64,000 bases of DNA from an uncultured Gammaproteobacteria bacterium (GTDB taxonomy: Bacteria > Cyanobacteriota > Vampirovibrionia > LMEP-6097), in contig CAZELI010000002.1 of the NCBI GenBank assembly GCA_964512985.1, positions 11,252-75,251 on the forward strand, read 5' to 3'. The notes beneath the pieces were generated by a model that worked only from the letters and a program-made list of their open reading frames with translations, made no database searches and was not told where the DNA came from. The position numbers and the translations under genes are program-made. Numbering within the stretch: the first letter of the stretch is position 1; each line of letters starts with the position of its first letter. Below, piece by piece: positions 1-9,004 of the stretch.

Positions 1-87
1 TTAGAATTGGAGACTGCCATCGCTGATATCCGTAACTTTGTGAGAAAGAAGGCCGTCTTAGCACCGTTATTAAAACAATTAGCGTAA
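1..87 (+). CDS. 3' end of an unidentified CDS entering from upstream of the window (partial)
   Basis: Frame 1 is open from base 1 (LELETAIADIRNFVRKKAVLAPLLKQLA) to TAA at 85-87. It is too short to identify and overlaps the argC 3' end by 9 nt. Confidence 0.3.
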   Translation, partial: LELETAIADIRNFVRKKAVLAPLLKQLA

Positions 88-1140
88 ACCAGTTTCTTCA
101 GCTAGACCAAACAATAAATTCATATTCTGTACTGCCTGTGAGGCAGCGCCTTTCATAAGGTTGTCTATGGCACAAACAATAGTTGCACGCTTGAGGCGAG
201 GATCGTACTTCACTTGCAAGAAAGCTTGATTGGTTTCTACTGCCCATTTGGTTCGTGGATAGATATCTGGAGCTAGTACTGTAACAAATTGCTCATTAGC
301 ATAACGGTTCTCATAGATCTCTCTGAGTTTCGTTTCGCTTAGATCTTCCGTAAAGCTTATATATGAAGTAGTAAGTAAACCTACCGTCATAGGAATGAGG
401 TGCGGAGAGAAGCTTAGCTGTATTTTAGTAGATGCTAGTTCTGAGAAAAACACTTCTAGTTCAGGTCCATGTCTATGACTATTAGCTAATTTATATGGTG
501 AACATGATTCATTTAGTTCTGAAAACAGTAATTCTGTAGAGGCTTGACGCCCTGCACCGCTGACACCAGATTTGCCATCAATGATTATAGAATCTAAATT
601 AATTATGCTTGAATATTTTTCAAGCAAAGGTGCTAGAGCTAATATCGCTGAACTAGTGTAACAGCCTGGGTTACCAATAACTGCTGGTCTTTTTAGTTTT
701 TTGATTTCGGAGCGTCTAAATTCTACTAAACCATAAACAGCATGTGTATTTAATTCATGATCACTGCGCTTAAAGCCATACCACTGTTCATATATAGTAA
801 GATCCCTAAATCTATAATCAGCACTAAGATCTATGAGGCTAATACCTCGCTCAATTAATGAGGGAGCATATTTATGGCAAATACCATTAGGTGTGGCAAA
901 AAATATTAAATCAATTTGTTTTGAGTTTAATGACCCTAGGTATTGATCATTAGCATCTATACATTCTAAATCTATAAGTTTGTTATATTGGGGATAGATT
1001 GTGGAAAATTTCTTTCCAGCGTATTGTTGAGATCCCAGGAAAATGATCTCGATATTGGGATGTTTAACAAGTATTGCAGCTAAAGTAGCACCAGTGTAGC
1101 CCGTGCTGCCCAATATACCAACTTTAAATTTTTGAGACAT
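79..1140 (-). CDS. argC: N-acetyl-gamma-glutamyl-phosphate reductase
   Basis: 353 aa. It has an N-terminal GSTGYTG Rossmann motif and the active-site GNPGCYTS motif typical of ArgC. Confidence 0.9.
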   Translation of the reverse strand: MSQKFKVGILGSTGYTGATLAAILVKHPNIEIIFLGSQQYAGKKFSTIYPQYNKLIDLECIDANDQYLGSLNSKQIDLIFFATPNGICHKYAPSLIERGISLIDLSADYRFRDLTIYEQWYGFKRSDHELNTHAVYGLVEFRRSEIKKLKRPAVIGNPGCYTSSAILALAPLLEKYSSIINLDSIIIDGKSGVSGAGRQASTELLFSELNESCSPYKLANSHRHGPELEVFFSELASTKIQLSFSPHLIPMTVGLLTTSYISFTEDLSETKLREIYENRYANEQFVTVLAPDIYPRTKWAVETNQAFLQVKYDPRLKRATIVCAIDNLMKGAASQAVQNMNLLFGLAEETGLR

Positions 1141-1202
1141 TAGTTAACATCTTACATTATGTATGATTTAATATAAGGAGGAAGCCTTAGGCTTGTATTG
1201 AC

Positions 1203-2855
1203 GTGCATAAAACATTAAAAAAGATAAGTTCGATTCTCTTGTGCCTTTTGGTATTTAGCTTGCCTAGTTTGGCTAGCGAAAAAGATATCAAAGTCAAAGA
1301 CGTTATTTTTAGAGATACAACTTTAACTATCAGCCATGACTCTTTCGGTGATGTTCAGTTTAAGCGTAGGATTTATGAGAACCCACCACGTTTAGTTTTT
1401 GATTTGATTAATGCTCATATGGGTCAGAGAAGTTTTGTTTTTGATTTACCTAGGGGTAATGATGTAACCAAAGTAAGAGTTGCTCAGTTTGATGATAATA
1501 CAGTACGTGTAGTAAGTGAGGCTAGAACGGTTACAGCTCTTGAGAAGATTAGTATAGAAAACATTGGGCAGAATTTATTTTTTAAATTCCATGTAAATGA
1601 TGTCGAGATTCAAGATTTAAGTTTTCTTGATGGTGATATAAGAATCACTGCTAACGGACCTATAGTACCGCGTACAATACTATTGGATAATCCAGAACGA
1701 TTAGTATTGGATTTGATCGGAGCTAAGCTCAAGAGTGAGGCTCAGGCACAGAAGTTTACAAATGGGACCGAGGTTATTAGAGTTGCTAAGTTTGATGATT
1801 CTATTGTAAGGATTGTTTTTACTGGTACTAAAACTCATAAGCGTGAAGTGCGTATTAGTAACAATGAAAGGCAATTAATAGTATTAGGTAGCGAAAGAAG
1901 TGAAGTTAAAGCAGAAACTAATCCTAATAAAATACCTAATAAAGTATTAGGTCTAAAAATTATTAAAGCTACTAAAGATGAATCTATCTATGCCGTAGAA
2001 TCAGTTAGAAAGCTTGATTATAAATTCTTGAAACTACATAATCCAGAACGATTATTAGTAGATCTTATTGGAGTTAATTTTGATGAATCTTTGGCTTCTA
2101 TTCAGTTACCACCGACCGCTCAAGTAGAGAATGTAAGATTAGGACTTGCGACTTTAGGTAGCCCTGTTACTAGAATAGTTTTTGATCTTAAGAGTAAGAA
2201 TCTATTAGAAGAGTTTAAAGAAGGTGAAGGTGGTAAAACACTTTTGATAAGAATGTTAGGTGCTGGAACCGATAAAGTCGAGGCTCTAAGCGATATAGAA
2301 GCTGCTCAGAAAAGCCTAGGAAGTTCTGTCGTAATAGATGCTGGACATGGAGGCTATGACCATGGTGCAATCTATGGAGGGCATAATGAGAAGGATGTTA
2401 CTCTGAGTTTATCTCAGAAGGTCGCAGGTTATTTAGAAGCTGCTGGGATTAAATCCTATCTAGTTAGAAATGATGATAGATTCGTTTCTTTAGCAGAAAG
2501 AGTGGAGGTCTCTAATTCCATCGACCCAAAGTTGTTTGTCTCTATTCACGTAAATGCTTTAGCAACTAATCCTAATATGGAAGGTTTGCAGACTTATTAT
2601 TACTCTCCCTCGGGATTAGAATTAGGAAACGTTATTCATAAACAATTATTGAAGGATGTTGGTATGCCAGACCAAAGAGTACGTAAGGCAGGCTTCTGGG
2701 TTATTAAACATGCTGAAGCTCCTTCTGTTTTACTTGAACTGGGTTTTATGACCAATGTTGAAGAGCGTAAAAAATTAACCAGGGATAGTTATCAGAATGA
2801 TTTAGCTAAAGCAGTAGCGAGAGGAATTATTAACTACTTGGAGGGAGCAAAGTAA
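1203..2855 (+). CDS. amiC: N-acetylmuramoyl-L-alanine amidase with repeated N-terminal AMIN-like domains
   Basis: Signal peptide, three recurrences of NP(P/E)RL(V/L)(F/L/V)DL-type AMIN motifs, and a C-terminal Amidase_3 domain (VVIDAGHGGYDHGA, SIHVNA). GTG start. Confidence 0.85.
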   Translation: MHKTLKKISSILLCLLVFSLPSLASEKDIKVKDVIFRDTTLTISHDSFGDVQFKRRIYENPPRLVFDLINAHMGQRSFVFDLPRGNDVTKVRVAQFDDNTVRVVSEARTVTALEKISIENIGQNLFFKFHVNDVEIQDLSFLDGDIRITANGPIVPRTILLDNPERLVLDLIGAKLKSEAQAQKFTNGTEVIRVAKFDDSIVRIVFTGTKTHKREVRISNNERQLIVLGSERSEVKAETNPNKIPNKVLGLKIIKATKDESIYAVESVRKLDYKFLKLHNPERLLVDLIGVNFDESLASIQLPPTAQVENVRLGLATLGSPVTRIVFDLKSKNLLEEFKEGEGGKTLLIRMLGAGTDKVEALSDIEAAQKSLGSSVVIDAGHGGYDHGAIYGGHNEKDVTLSLSQKVAGYLEAAGIKSYLVRNDDRFVSLAERVEVSNSIDPKLFVSIHVNALATNPNMEGLQTYYYSPSGLELGNVIHKQLLKDVGMPDQRVRKAGFWVIKHAEAPSVLLELGFMTNVEERKKLTRDSYQNDLAKAVARGIINYLEGAK

Positions 2856-2870
2856 TTTGCTCAGGCTAAA

Positions 2871-3617
2871 ATGAGGCTCGGTTTCTATGATTCAGGCTTG
2901 GGTGGTTTGTCTGTATTAAAAGAGTTTGTTGCTAAGTTTGGTACTAAATATTCATATAGTTATTTTGGAGATTCTGCACGTGCACCTTATGGTGACAAAA
3001 GTCCAGAACAATTAAAAAGTTATGTTTTTGAGATTGCTGAATATATGCAAGCTGATGATGTAGATATATTAATATCCGCTTGCAACACTAGCTCTATGTA
3101 TCTTGATGAGATTGATTTAAGTGATTTTAGTTTTCAAATTATTAGTTTGAGAAATGTAATGGATAAGTATTTTGCTGATAATGCTCATAAATATAAGAAT
3201 AAGCAAGTAGCATTAATGGCAACCAATGCAACTATCGATTCTGGGCGTTATAAGAATTGGCCCGTAAATATTTATCCTGTTAAATGTCCGACTATAGTTC
3301 CATTATTAGAAGATACTAAGTTAGAAGCTGCTAAAGTCGAATGGCAAAAATATCTAAAAGAACTACCAGAAGATGTCAAGGACATTATTATTGGTTGTAC
3401 GCATTTTTCTTTCTTAAACTCAACAGCAACTTCTAATTATAATTTTATTGATCCAGCAGATATAGTGCTAGAGCAATTTTCAAGTTCTATCTTTAATGAT
3501 GGAATGATTAACTATGTTAAAGATCAAACTAAACTAGAGCTTGATATTAAAATTAATTTTACTAAAGGCTCTGAAGAATATTTAAACTTGGCTACTGAAC
3601 TTTTAGGTCTGAACTAG
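2871..3617 (+). CDS. murI: glutamate racemase
   Basis: GFYDSGLGGLSV N-terminus and the two catalytic Cys motifs (SACNTSS, GCTHFSF). Confidence 0.85.
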   Translation: MRLGFYDSGLGGLSVLKEFVAKFGTKYSYSYFGDSARAPYGDKSPEQLKSYVFEIAEYMQADDVDILISACNTSSMYLDEIDLSDFSFQIISLRNVMDKYFADNAHKYKNKQVALMATNATIDSGRYKNWPVNIYPVKCPTIVPLLEDTKLEAAKVEWQKYLKELPEDVKDIIIGCTHFSFLNSTATSNYNFIDPADIVLEQFSSSIFNDGMINYVKDQTKLELDIKINFTKGSEEYLNLATELLGLN

Positions 3618-4086
3618 TGAAAGGATTAAGTCTGTCATTGATTGACAGCAGCATCTTCCCCAATATAGATCTTAGTTCTGGATCAATTATATATTGGTTA
3701 GGATCTGCTTTAAACGCTTCTCTCAGTTCTTCAAAAGATGGTTTAGTACTTAAGATCTCATAAGAACGTAATAGATCTAGTCCAACAATTAATCCGGAAT
3801 TATTGAAATTAAAGGGATTAACTTTTAAACCTAAATTCAGTGGTCCAAACTTTCTATTTAAGGAAGCTAGTTTCCTGCGAGTTTTTTTATTAGGGCTGTA
3901 GTTAGCAGTAAAGCTTTCTTTAGTTAAAACTCGCTCTGTTTGATTTAAAATTAATTTGGTCTCTATAGTTTCCTCGGAGGGAATGCTAATAATCTCTAAG
4001 GGTGTAGAACCTTCTTCTGTCGCTAAAACCGCTTGTGGACTGCTTAATAGCCATATTAAAATAAAGATATACGGGAACTTACCCAT
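3592..4086 (-). CDS. hypothetical secreted protein
   Basis: 164 aa ORF with a hydrophobic signal-like N-terminus (FILIWLLSSPQAVLA) and no recognised domain. It overlaps the murI 3' end by 26 nt. Confidence 0.4.
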   Translation of the reverse strand: MGKFPYIFILIWLLSSPQAVLATEEGSTPLEIISIPSEETIETKLILNQTERVLTKESFTANYSPNKKTRRKLASLNRKFGPLNLGLKVNPFNFNNSGLIVGLDLLRSYEILSTKPSFEELREAFKADPNQYIIDPELRSILGKMLLSINDRLNPFTSSDLKVQ

Positions 4087-4128
4087 ACCCTCTTTATACC
4101 CATATAGGATTAAGGGTGGATTATAGGC

Positions 4129-5502
4129 TTAGATTACTCTAGAAGCCGCTGCTGAACTAGAAGAAATATGTACCTTTTCTAATGCTTCTTGCTCTAGATC
4201 TCGCTCTCTATAAAAGCCTTCTAAAAGCTGTTCCTTAATAGCACAAACCTTGTTTTTATCACAAATTATAGTATTATTGCCGCCAAGCCCAGCACCACTA
4301 ATAGATGAACCATAAACCCCAGCTAGATTATTAGCAGCATATTGTAATTGATCATTAGCAATAGTGCTTGCTAAGTAGATTCCAGAATGAGATGAAATAG
4401 GTTCTTGAGGGTTGAATTTATAATTTAGTTGCTTGGCTTTATCAATAGCTTGCCAGCTTTGAGTCTTGTTGTTGTAACAATAATTAGCTTCAGCTTGGTG
4501 AGATAGATTGAGATGTTTACCTATAGCTTGAATATCTAAATGCTGCTTTAATTCTTTAACGCGGGCACCTTCCGCAAGTCCATATAATGCAAGTCCCCGT
4601 AATGATTTATCTTCTATATCTTCAAGTATTTTAAATAATTCAGCTTCAGTAAACTTATATAAAAGATCTCCAAGGAATTCACAATCATATTTATGAGAAA
4701 GTTCATTGATCTTTTTATAGGCTTTGATATTGTCATTAGCAGCTTGAAACTCAGGCAGGCTCTTGTCAGCGTTAATAAAACTAGGAGCACTGATGATTGC
4801 TAAGTCATCTGGCATTGCTCTGTATTCAACTTTTACTTGTGGAAAGAGTTTAATAAAACTAAACTGATCTTTCTTGCAGAGTAATTGTGCGCTTTGATCT
4901 CCGAGCCCGGAACTGAATCCACGAGCGTTTTCCACTTCTTGGCAGAGGGGGATAAGTTCTGTTGACTGCGACTGTTGATTAATTTCAAGTAAGGCTATTG
5001 CTGTACTAAGCATTAAAGCGTGTGATGAACTTAAACCGCCTGCTGCTGGTAAATCACTAGTGTATACAAGAACCATTCCTTGATTAGTTTTGGTTAGTTT
5101 TTGGTAGAGTGTAGCTGGATAAAATGCCCATGAAGATTTATTAATTTGATGGAGTTCATCTAATGAGAGTTCAAAGTTTTCAAAGTTTTCACTTAGATTA
5201 ACAAGTATCAATTTATTCTCATTAATTGTTTGCGCGGCTAAATAAATATCTCTATCGCCTAGAGTATAAAGTAGATCATTATTGATGTAATCGGCATGCT
5301 TACTGAGACTGATGCGTCCGGGGCATCTGGTGATAATGGTGTTTCTATTGGGATCTAATTGTGGATGTTCAAGAATTTGCTTGATTCTGGAAATCTTATG
5401 AGTGACTATATGTGGATCAGAATATTGAGCTTGAATTGAAGTAATAAAAGGACTCTTAGTGTCGTTAAGCTGTGATAAAAGCTGGGATTTGGTATAAATC
5501 AA
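4129..5502 (-). CDS. GHMP-family sugar kinase (galactokinase-like)
   Basis: PGRISLSKHADY resembles the galactokinase signature GRVNLIGEHTDY. LPAAGGLSSSHALMLS matches the GHMP ATP-binding motif. Confidence 0.7.
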   Translation of the reverse strand: MIYTKSQLLSQLNDTKSPFITSIQAQYSDPHIVTHKISRIKQILEHPQLDPNRNTIITRCPGRISLSKHADYINNDLLYTLGDRDIYLAAQTINENKLILVNLSENFENFELSLDELHQINKSSWAFYPATLYQKLTKTNQGMVLVYTSDLPAAGGLSSSHALMLSTAIALLEINQQSQSTELIPLCQEVENARGFSSGLGDQSAQLLCKKDQFSFIKLFPQVKVEYRAMPDDLAIISAPSFINADKSLPEFQAANDNIKAYKKINELSHKYDCEFLGDLLYKFTEAELFKILEDIEDKSLRGLALYGLAEGARVKELKQHLDIQAIGKHLNLSHQAEANYCYNNKTQSWQAIDKAKQLNYKFNPQEPISSHSGIYLASTIANDQLQYAANNLAGVYGSSISGAGLGGNNTIICDKNKVCAIKEQLLEGFYRERDLEQEALEKVHISSSSAAASRVI

Positions 5503-5503
5503 C

Positions 5504-5722
5504 TTAACTTTGCATTGATTGAATTTTGATTGCTTCTATAAGATCATTAGGTTCTATGCAACCTTCTTCTAATAAAATTCTTCCGATAGGATATTTTTCA
5601 TCTGCTGCTTGTTTTGCTTGGATGTCTAAAGCTTTTTGTAGATTTTCTTCTGTTAGTGCGCCTAATTGGATTAAAATTTCTCCAAGTCTATATTTCTTCT
5701 TCTCTTGTTGTTCGCCAGTCAT
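5504..5722 (-). CDS. stand-alone MshEN / T2SS-E N-terminal-like domain protein
   Basis: 72 aa made almost entirely of two tandem motifs, RLGEILIQLGALTEENLQKALDIQ and PIGRILLEEGCIEPNDLIEAIKIQ. Both match the RLGxx(L/I)(L/I)xxGx(L/I)xxxxLxxxLxxQ pattern. Confidence 0.55.
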   Translation of the reverse strand: MTGEQQEKKKYRLGEILIQLGALTEENLQKALDIQAKQAADEKYPIGRILLEEGCIEPNDLIEAIKIQSMQS

Positions 5723-5765
5723 AATTTCTATTATATTCCCAGTTTTTTTTGTTTCTATCTAAAAG

Positions 5766-5857
5766 ATGCTGTAGCGGCACCTAAAAGCACTAAAGCTTAA
5801 GGCTGCTTGGTTTCCCATCTGACCTGGTTCGCTGGCTTTTACCACCAGCTACAGCAC
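5766..5857 (-). ncRNA. ffs: signal recognition particle RNA (4.5S type)
   Basis: The minus strand reads GUGCUGUAGC...ACCAGGUCAGAUGGGAAACCAAGCAGCCUUAAGC...GCUACAGCAU. The core matches the E. coli 4.5S core ACCAGGUCAGGUCCGGAAGGAAGCAGCCAAGGC. It has a GNRA (GAAA) tetraloop and 10 bp 5'/3' terminal pairing. Confidence 0.75.
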
Positions 5858-6136
5858 TTAGGATTGTAACACATTCATTCTTTCTGCAAAGTCAGTTAAA
5901 ATAGTTACATGATTATTAGAAACTTCTAGTATTCCACCACGCACTGAAATTTGATCTTTGTTTCCATTTTCTAAAGTGTATTGCACTGGAGCTGTGTCAA
6001 GTTTTGCTTTGAAATTAGCGTGATTATATAAAATCCCAACCTCTCCAGTTTCTGTAGTTGCCACCAATTCTTTAATCTCATTTTTTAATAAGATCCCTTC
6101 TGGAGTAATAAGCTCAAAGTCAAGTAATTTAGACAT
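5858..6136 (-). CDS. atpC: F-type ATP synthase epsilon subunit, N-terminal beta-sandwich only (short form)
   Basis: 92 aa with the typical ITPEG...GEVGIL..HA....L....V......G......V.GGILEV..N.VTIL pattern. It stops just after the AE that normally precedes the C-terminal helical hairpin. Confidence 0.75.
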   Translation of the reverse strand: MSKLLDFELITPEGILLKNEIKELVATTETGEVGILYNHANFKAKLDTAPVQYTLENGNKDQISVRGGILEVSNNHVTILTDFAERMNVLQS

Positions 6137-6153
6137 ATGGATTATTATATCAT

Positions 6154-6176
6154 GCGCGCCGAAGGCGCGGAACCAC
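6154..6176. repeat. partial (right-end) copy of the 100 bp GC-rich palindromic element
   Basis: gcgcgccgaaggcgcggaaccac is identical to the right terminus of the copy at 28061-28160. Confidence 0.6.
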
Positions 6177-6217
6177 GATAAAAATGAGATTAGAAATTTT
6201 CTGCTATCCTATACTTT

Positions 6218-9004
6218 GTGTACAAGAAACTAAAATTACTAATAATAATTTGGAGCATTATGATGATGAATACAGCGGTTTTAAGCGCTAAAGAAAGCAA
6301 TAATATAAATATTAAAGGGGTAAAATTTATTAAGTCTTTTGCCGGAATTAGTGAATATCAATTAGATAATGGTCTGAAGATTTTACTTAAACCTAATACT
6401 GATGTTCCTTTATTATCCTGGCAGGTTTGGTATAAGGTTGGTAGCCGTAATGAACCTTTGAATTTAACGGGAATTGCTCACTATTTAGAGCATATAATGT
6501 TTAAAGGTACACAAACTTTCGCGAAAGGTGAGATTGCTCAGGTTATACAGCTTAAAGGTGGAGTATTTAATGCTTTCACTAGTGATGACTATACTGCTTA
6601 TTTCGAAAACTTTGCTCCTGATCAATTAGAGCTGGCTATTAAGATTGAATCTGATCGTATGCAGAATTCTAGGCTCAACGCTGAAGAAATTAATTTAGAA
6701 CGTAGCGTGATTGTCTCTGAGCTTGAAGGTAATAGAAATGATCCGAATAATATTCTATATGAAACGCTGAGAGCGACTGCTTATCAAGTGCATACTTATC
6801 GTAATCCAGTTATTGGTTGGCGTGATGATCTTGAGAATATTAATGCCGAGAACATGCGTGAGTTTTATGAGAATTATTACTATCCTGATAATGCAACTGC
6901 AATTCTTGTAGGTAATTTTGATTCGAGTGTTGCATTAAATCTAATCCAAAAATACTTTGGTAAATATAAACCTAAGAAAAATATCAGAGCGCATGCCCCT
7001 AAAGAACCTGAACAGATAGGTACTAAGAAAGTTGTAATTAAGAATGGTGGCGCTGTAAAGCTCTTGGGGATTGCCTTCCATATTCCTGAGTTCGCTCATG
7101 CAGATATACCTGCTTTAAGTATTATTGGAGATGTGGTGTTTAGTGGAATGACTAGTCATCTGTATCCTAAGTTAGTAGATACTGGATTGGTTTCTGGAAT
7201 ATCTGGTCTCGCTGAGCCTAGTCGTGATCCTGGATTGTTTAGAATCATTGCAAATATCAATGATGAAGCTGATATAGAAAAAGTTGAGCAGATAATTTAT
7301 CAAGAAATAGAAGCAGTGAAGAAGGGTATTACTGAGGAAGACTTGAAACTTGCCAAAGCTAGAGAGGAAGCGTCGTTTATCTATCAACAGGATGGTGTTT
7401 ATGATGAAGGTCTGCAGATAGGATACTTTGAATCGATTTGTAATGATTGGACTAAATATGCAACTTGGGTGAATGAGATTAATGCTGTAACTAATGAAGA
7501 TGTGATGAGAGTCGCTAAGAAATATTTCACTGAGACTAATAAAACTGTGGTGTATTTATTACCAGAAGAAGCTAATAATAGTTTACTAAAACCTGAAAAA
7601 CTCTTGGATATTGAGTTAACTAATACTACTCCAGATACAGAAGCTCATTATGGCTCAGCAACAGTGGATCCTATTAACCCAGATAAGTTGAAACAGCTTA
7701 TGAAGATTAGTCAACCTAAGTATTCTAAGGGAATTAAATATTCTAAGCTTGATCTTAATTTTAAGGAATTGGATTCTGCTATGCCTGGTGTGAAAATCTT
7801 ACATCGTCAAGATCATAGTATTCCTATAATTTATATGAATGCCTATGTTTATGGGGGTTCTGTCAATAATGGAGATGATCTTGGTCTAGCTTATTTCACT
7901 AGTAAAATGTTGTCTCGTGGTACCAAAGCTAAGGATAAATATGAGATAGCAAGGTTATTAGATCTCTATGGTGCTGATATTAGCTTTGAATCAGGGGTGG
8001 AGACTGGTAGAATCCACGTTTCTACTCTTACTAAATATGTACCTGAAGTATTTGGGATTCTTAAAGAGATGATTAGCGAGCCTCGCTTTGATACTACTGA
8101 GTTAGATAGGCTCAAAGTACAGACCATAGCGCAAATCAAACAGGAAGATGATTTCCCGCGTAAGATAGCTAAGCGTGAAATGAAACGTGCTGTATACCCT
8201 AAAAGACATCCATATTATTCATATAGTATTAGTGAAAGAGTTTCTGCTATCCAAAAAATTACTATTGATGATCTAAAGCAATTCTATAAGGCTAACTATA
8301 ATACTAATAATATTCTTGTGTCTGTAGTTGGGGACATCGATACAGCTAAAACACAAGAACTAACTCTAAGTACCTTTAAGGATTGGAATGCTGGTGGTCA
8401 GGGTAACCAGCCGCCAGTAATCCCTAATGTTGAGCTTAAAGGACCTATCGAAGAGATTATTGCTAAAGCCGATAAAACACAGACAGAGATTGTGATGGGG
8501 CATGCTTGCCATATAGATAGAATGAATCCAGATTTCTTCCCTCTCTTGATTGCTAATCAAGCCTTAGGTGGCAGTTCTTTATCTTCTAGGTTGGGAACTG
8601 TGGTTAGAGATGAGAACGGTCTTGTTTATAACGTAAGAACTTCTTTCTCTGCAACGCTTGGTGCTGGTGAGTTTGAAGTAGTTCTAGGTTGTAATCCTAA
8701 GAACACTACCAAAGCTATAGAGTTAACGAAGAAAGTTATTGGAGACTTCTTGAAAGCGGGTATCAATGCTACTGAGCTTGAAATAACGAAGTCCTATTTA
8801 ATTGGTTCTTTTGGTCCAAGAACACTTGCTAGTAATGAAGCTATTGTTGACACTTTATCTCAATTACAACTTTATAAGCTTGGCAATGATTATATTAAAA
8901 CTTATGAAGATAGGATTAACGCGATCACTTTAGAAGATGTGAATCGTGTTGCAAGAAAGTATATTCATCCTGATAAGCTTAATGTGGTGATTGTTGGGCC
9001 GTAA
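6218..9004 (+). CDS. tandem M16-family zinc peptidase (two pitrilysin-like units, PqqL-like)
   Basis: 928 aa with a signal peptide, the HxxEH zinc motif (HYLEHIMFKG) in the first unit and a second inactive-type M16 unit. GTG start. Confidence 0.85.
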   Translation: MYKKLKLLIIIWSIMMMNTAVLSAKESNNINIKGVKFIKSFAGISEYQLDNGLKILLKPNTDVPLLSWQVWYKVGSRNEPLNLTGIAHYLEHIMFKGTQTFAKGEIAQVIQLKGGVFNAFTSDDYTAYFENFAPDQLELAIKIESDRMQNSRLNAEEINLERSVIVSELEGNRNDPNNILYETLRATAYQVHTYRNPVIGWRDDLENINAENMREFYENYYYPDNATAILVGNFDSSVALNLIQKYFGKYKPKKNIRAHAPKEPEQIGTKKVVIKNGGAVKLLGIAFHIPEFAHADIPALSIIGDVVFSGMTSHLYPKLVDTGLVSGISGLAEPSRDPGLFRIIANINDEADIEKVEQIIYQEIEAVKKGITEEDLKLAKAREEASFIYQQDGVYDEGLQIGYFESICNDWTKYATWVNEINAVTNEDVMRVAKKYFTETNKTVVYLLPEEANNSLLKPEKLLDIELTNTTPDTEAHYGSATVDPINPDKLKQLMKISQPKYSKGIKYSKLDLNFKELDSAMPGVKILHRQDHSIPIIYMNAYVYGGSVNNGDDLGLAYFTSKMLSRGTKAKDKYEIARLLDLYGADISFESGVETGRIHVSTLTKYVPEVFGILKEMISEPRFDTTELDRLKVQTIAQIKQEDDFPRKIAKREMKRAVYPKRHPYYSYSISERVSAIQKITIDDLKQFYKANYNTNNILVSVVGDIDTAKTQELTLSTFKDWNAGGQGNQPPVIPNVELKGPIEEIIAKADKTQTEIVMGHACHIDRMNPDFFPLLIANQALGGSSLSSRLGTVVRDENGLVYNVRTSFSATLGAGEFEVVLGCNPKNTTKAIELTKKVIGDFLKAGINATELEITKSYLIGSFGPRTLASNEAIVDTLSQLQLYKLGNDYIKTYEDRINAITLEDVNRVARKYIHPDKLNVVIVGP
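8956..9004 (+). repeat. left copy of a 49 bp perfect direct repeat (the 3' end of the M16 peptidase gene including its stop)
   Basis: aaagtatattcatcctgataagcttaatgtggtgattgttgggccgtaa recurs exactly at 9959-10007. Confidence 0.9.

Noticed and set aside
5526-5762. 78 aa plus-strand ORF
   Set aside because: It is entirely antisense to the MshEN-like gene, has a low-complexity hydrophobic translation, and has no motif. It is a shadow ORF.
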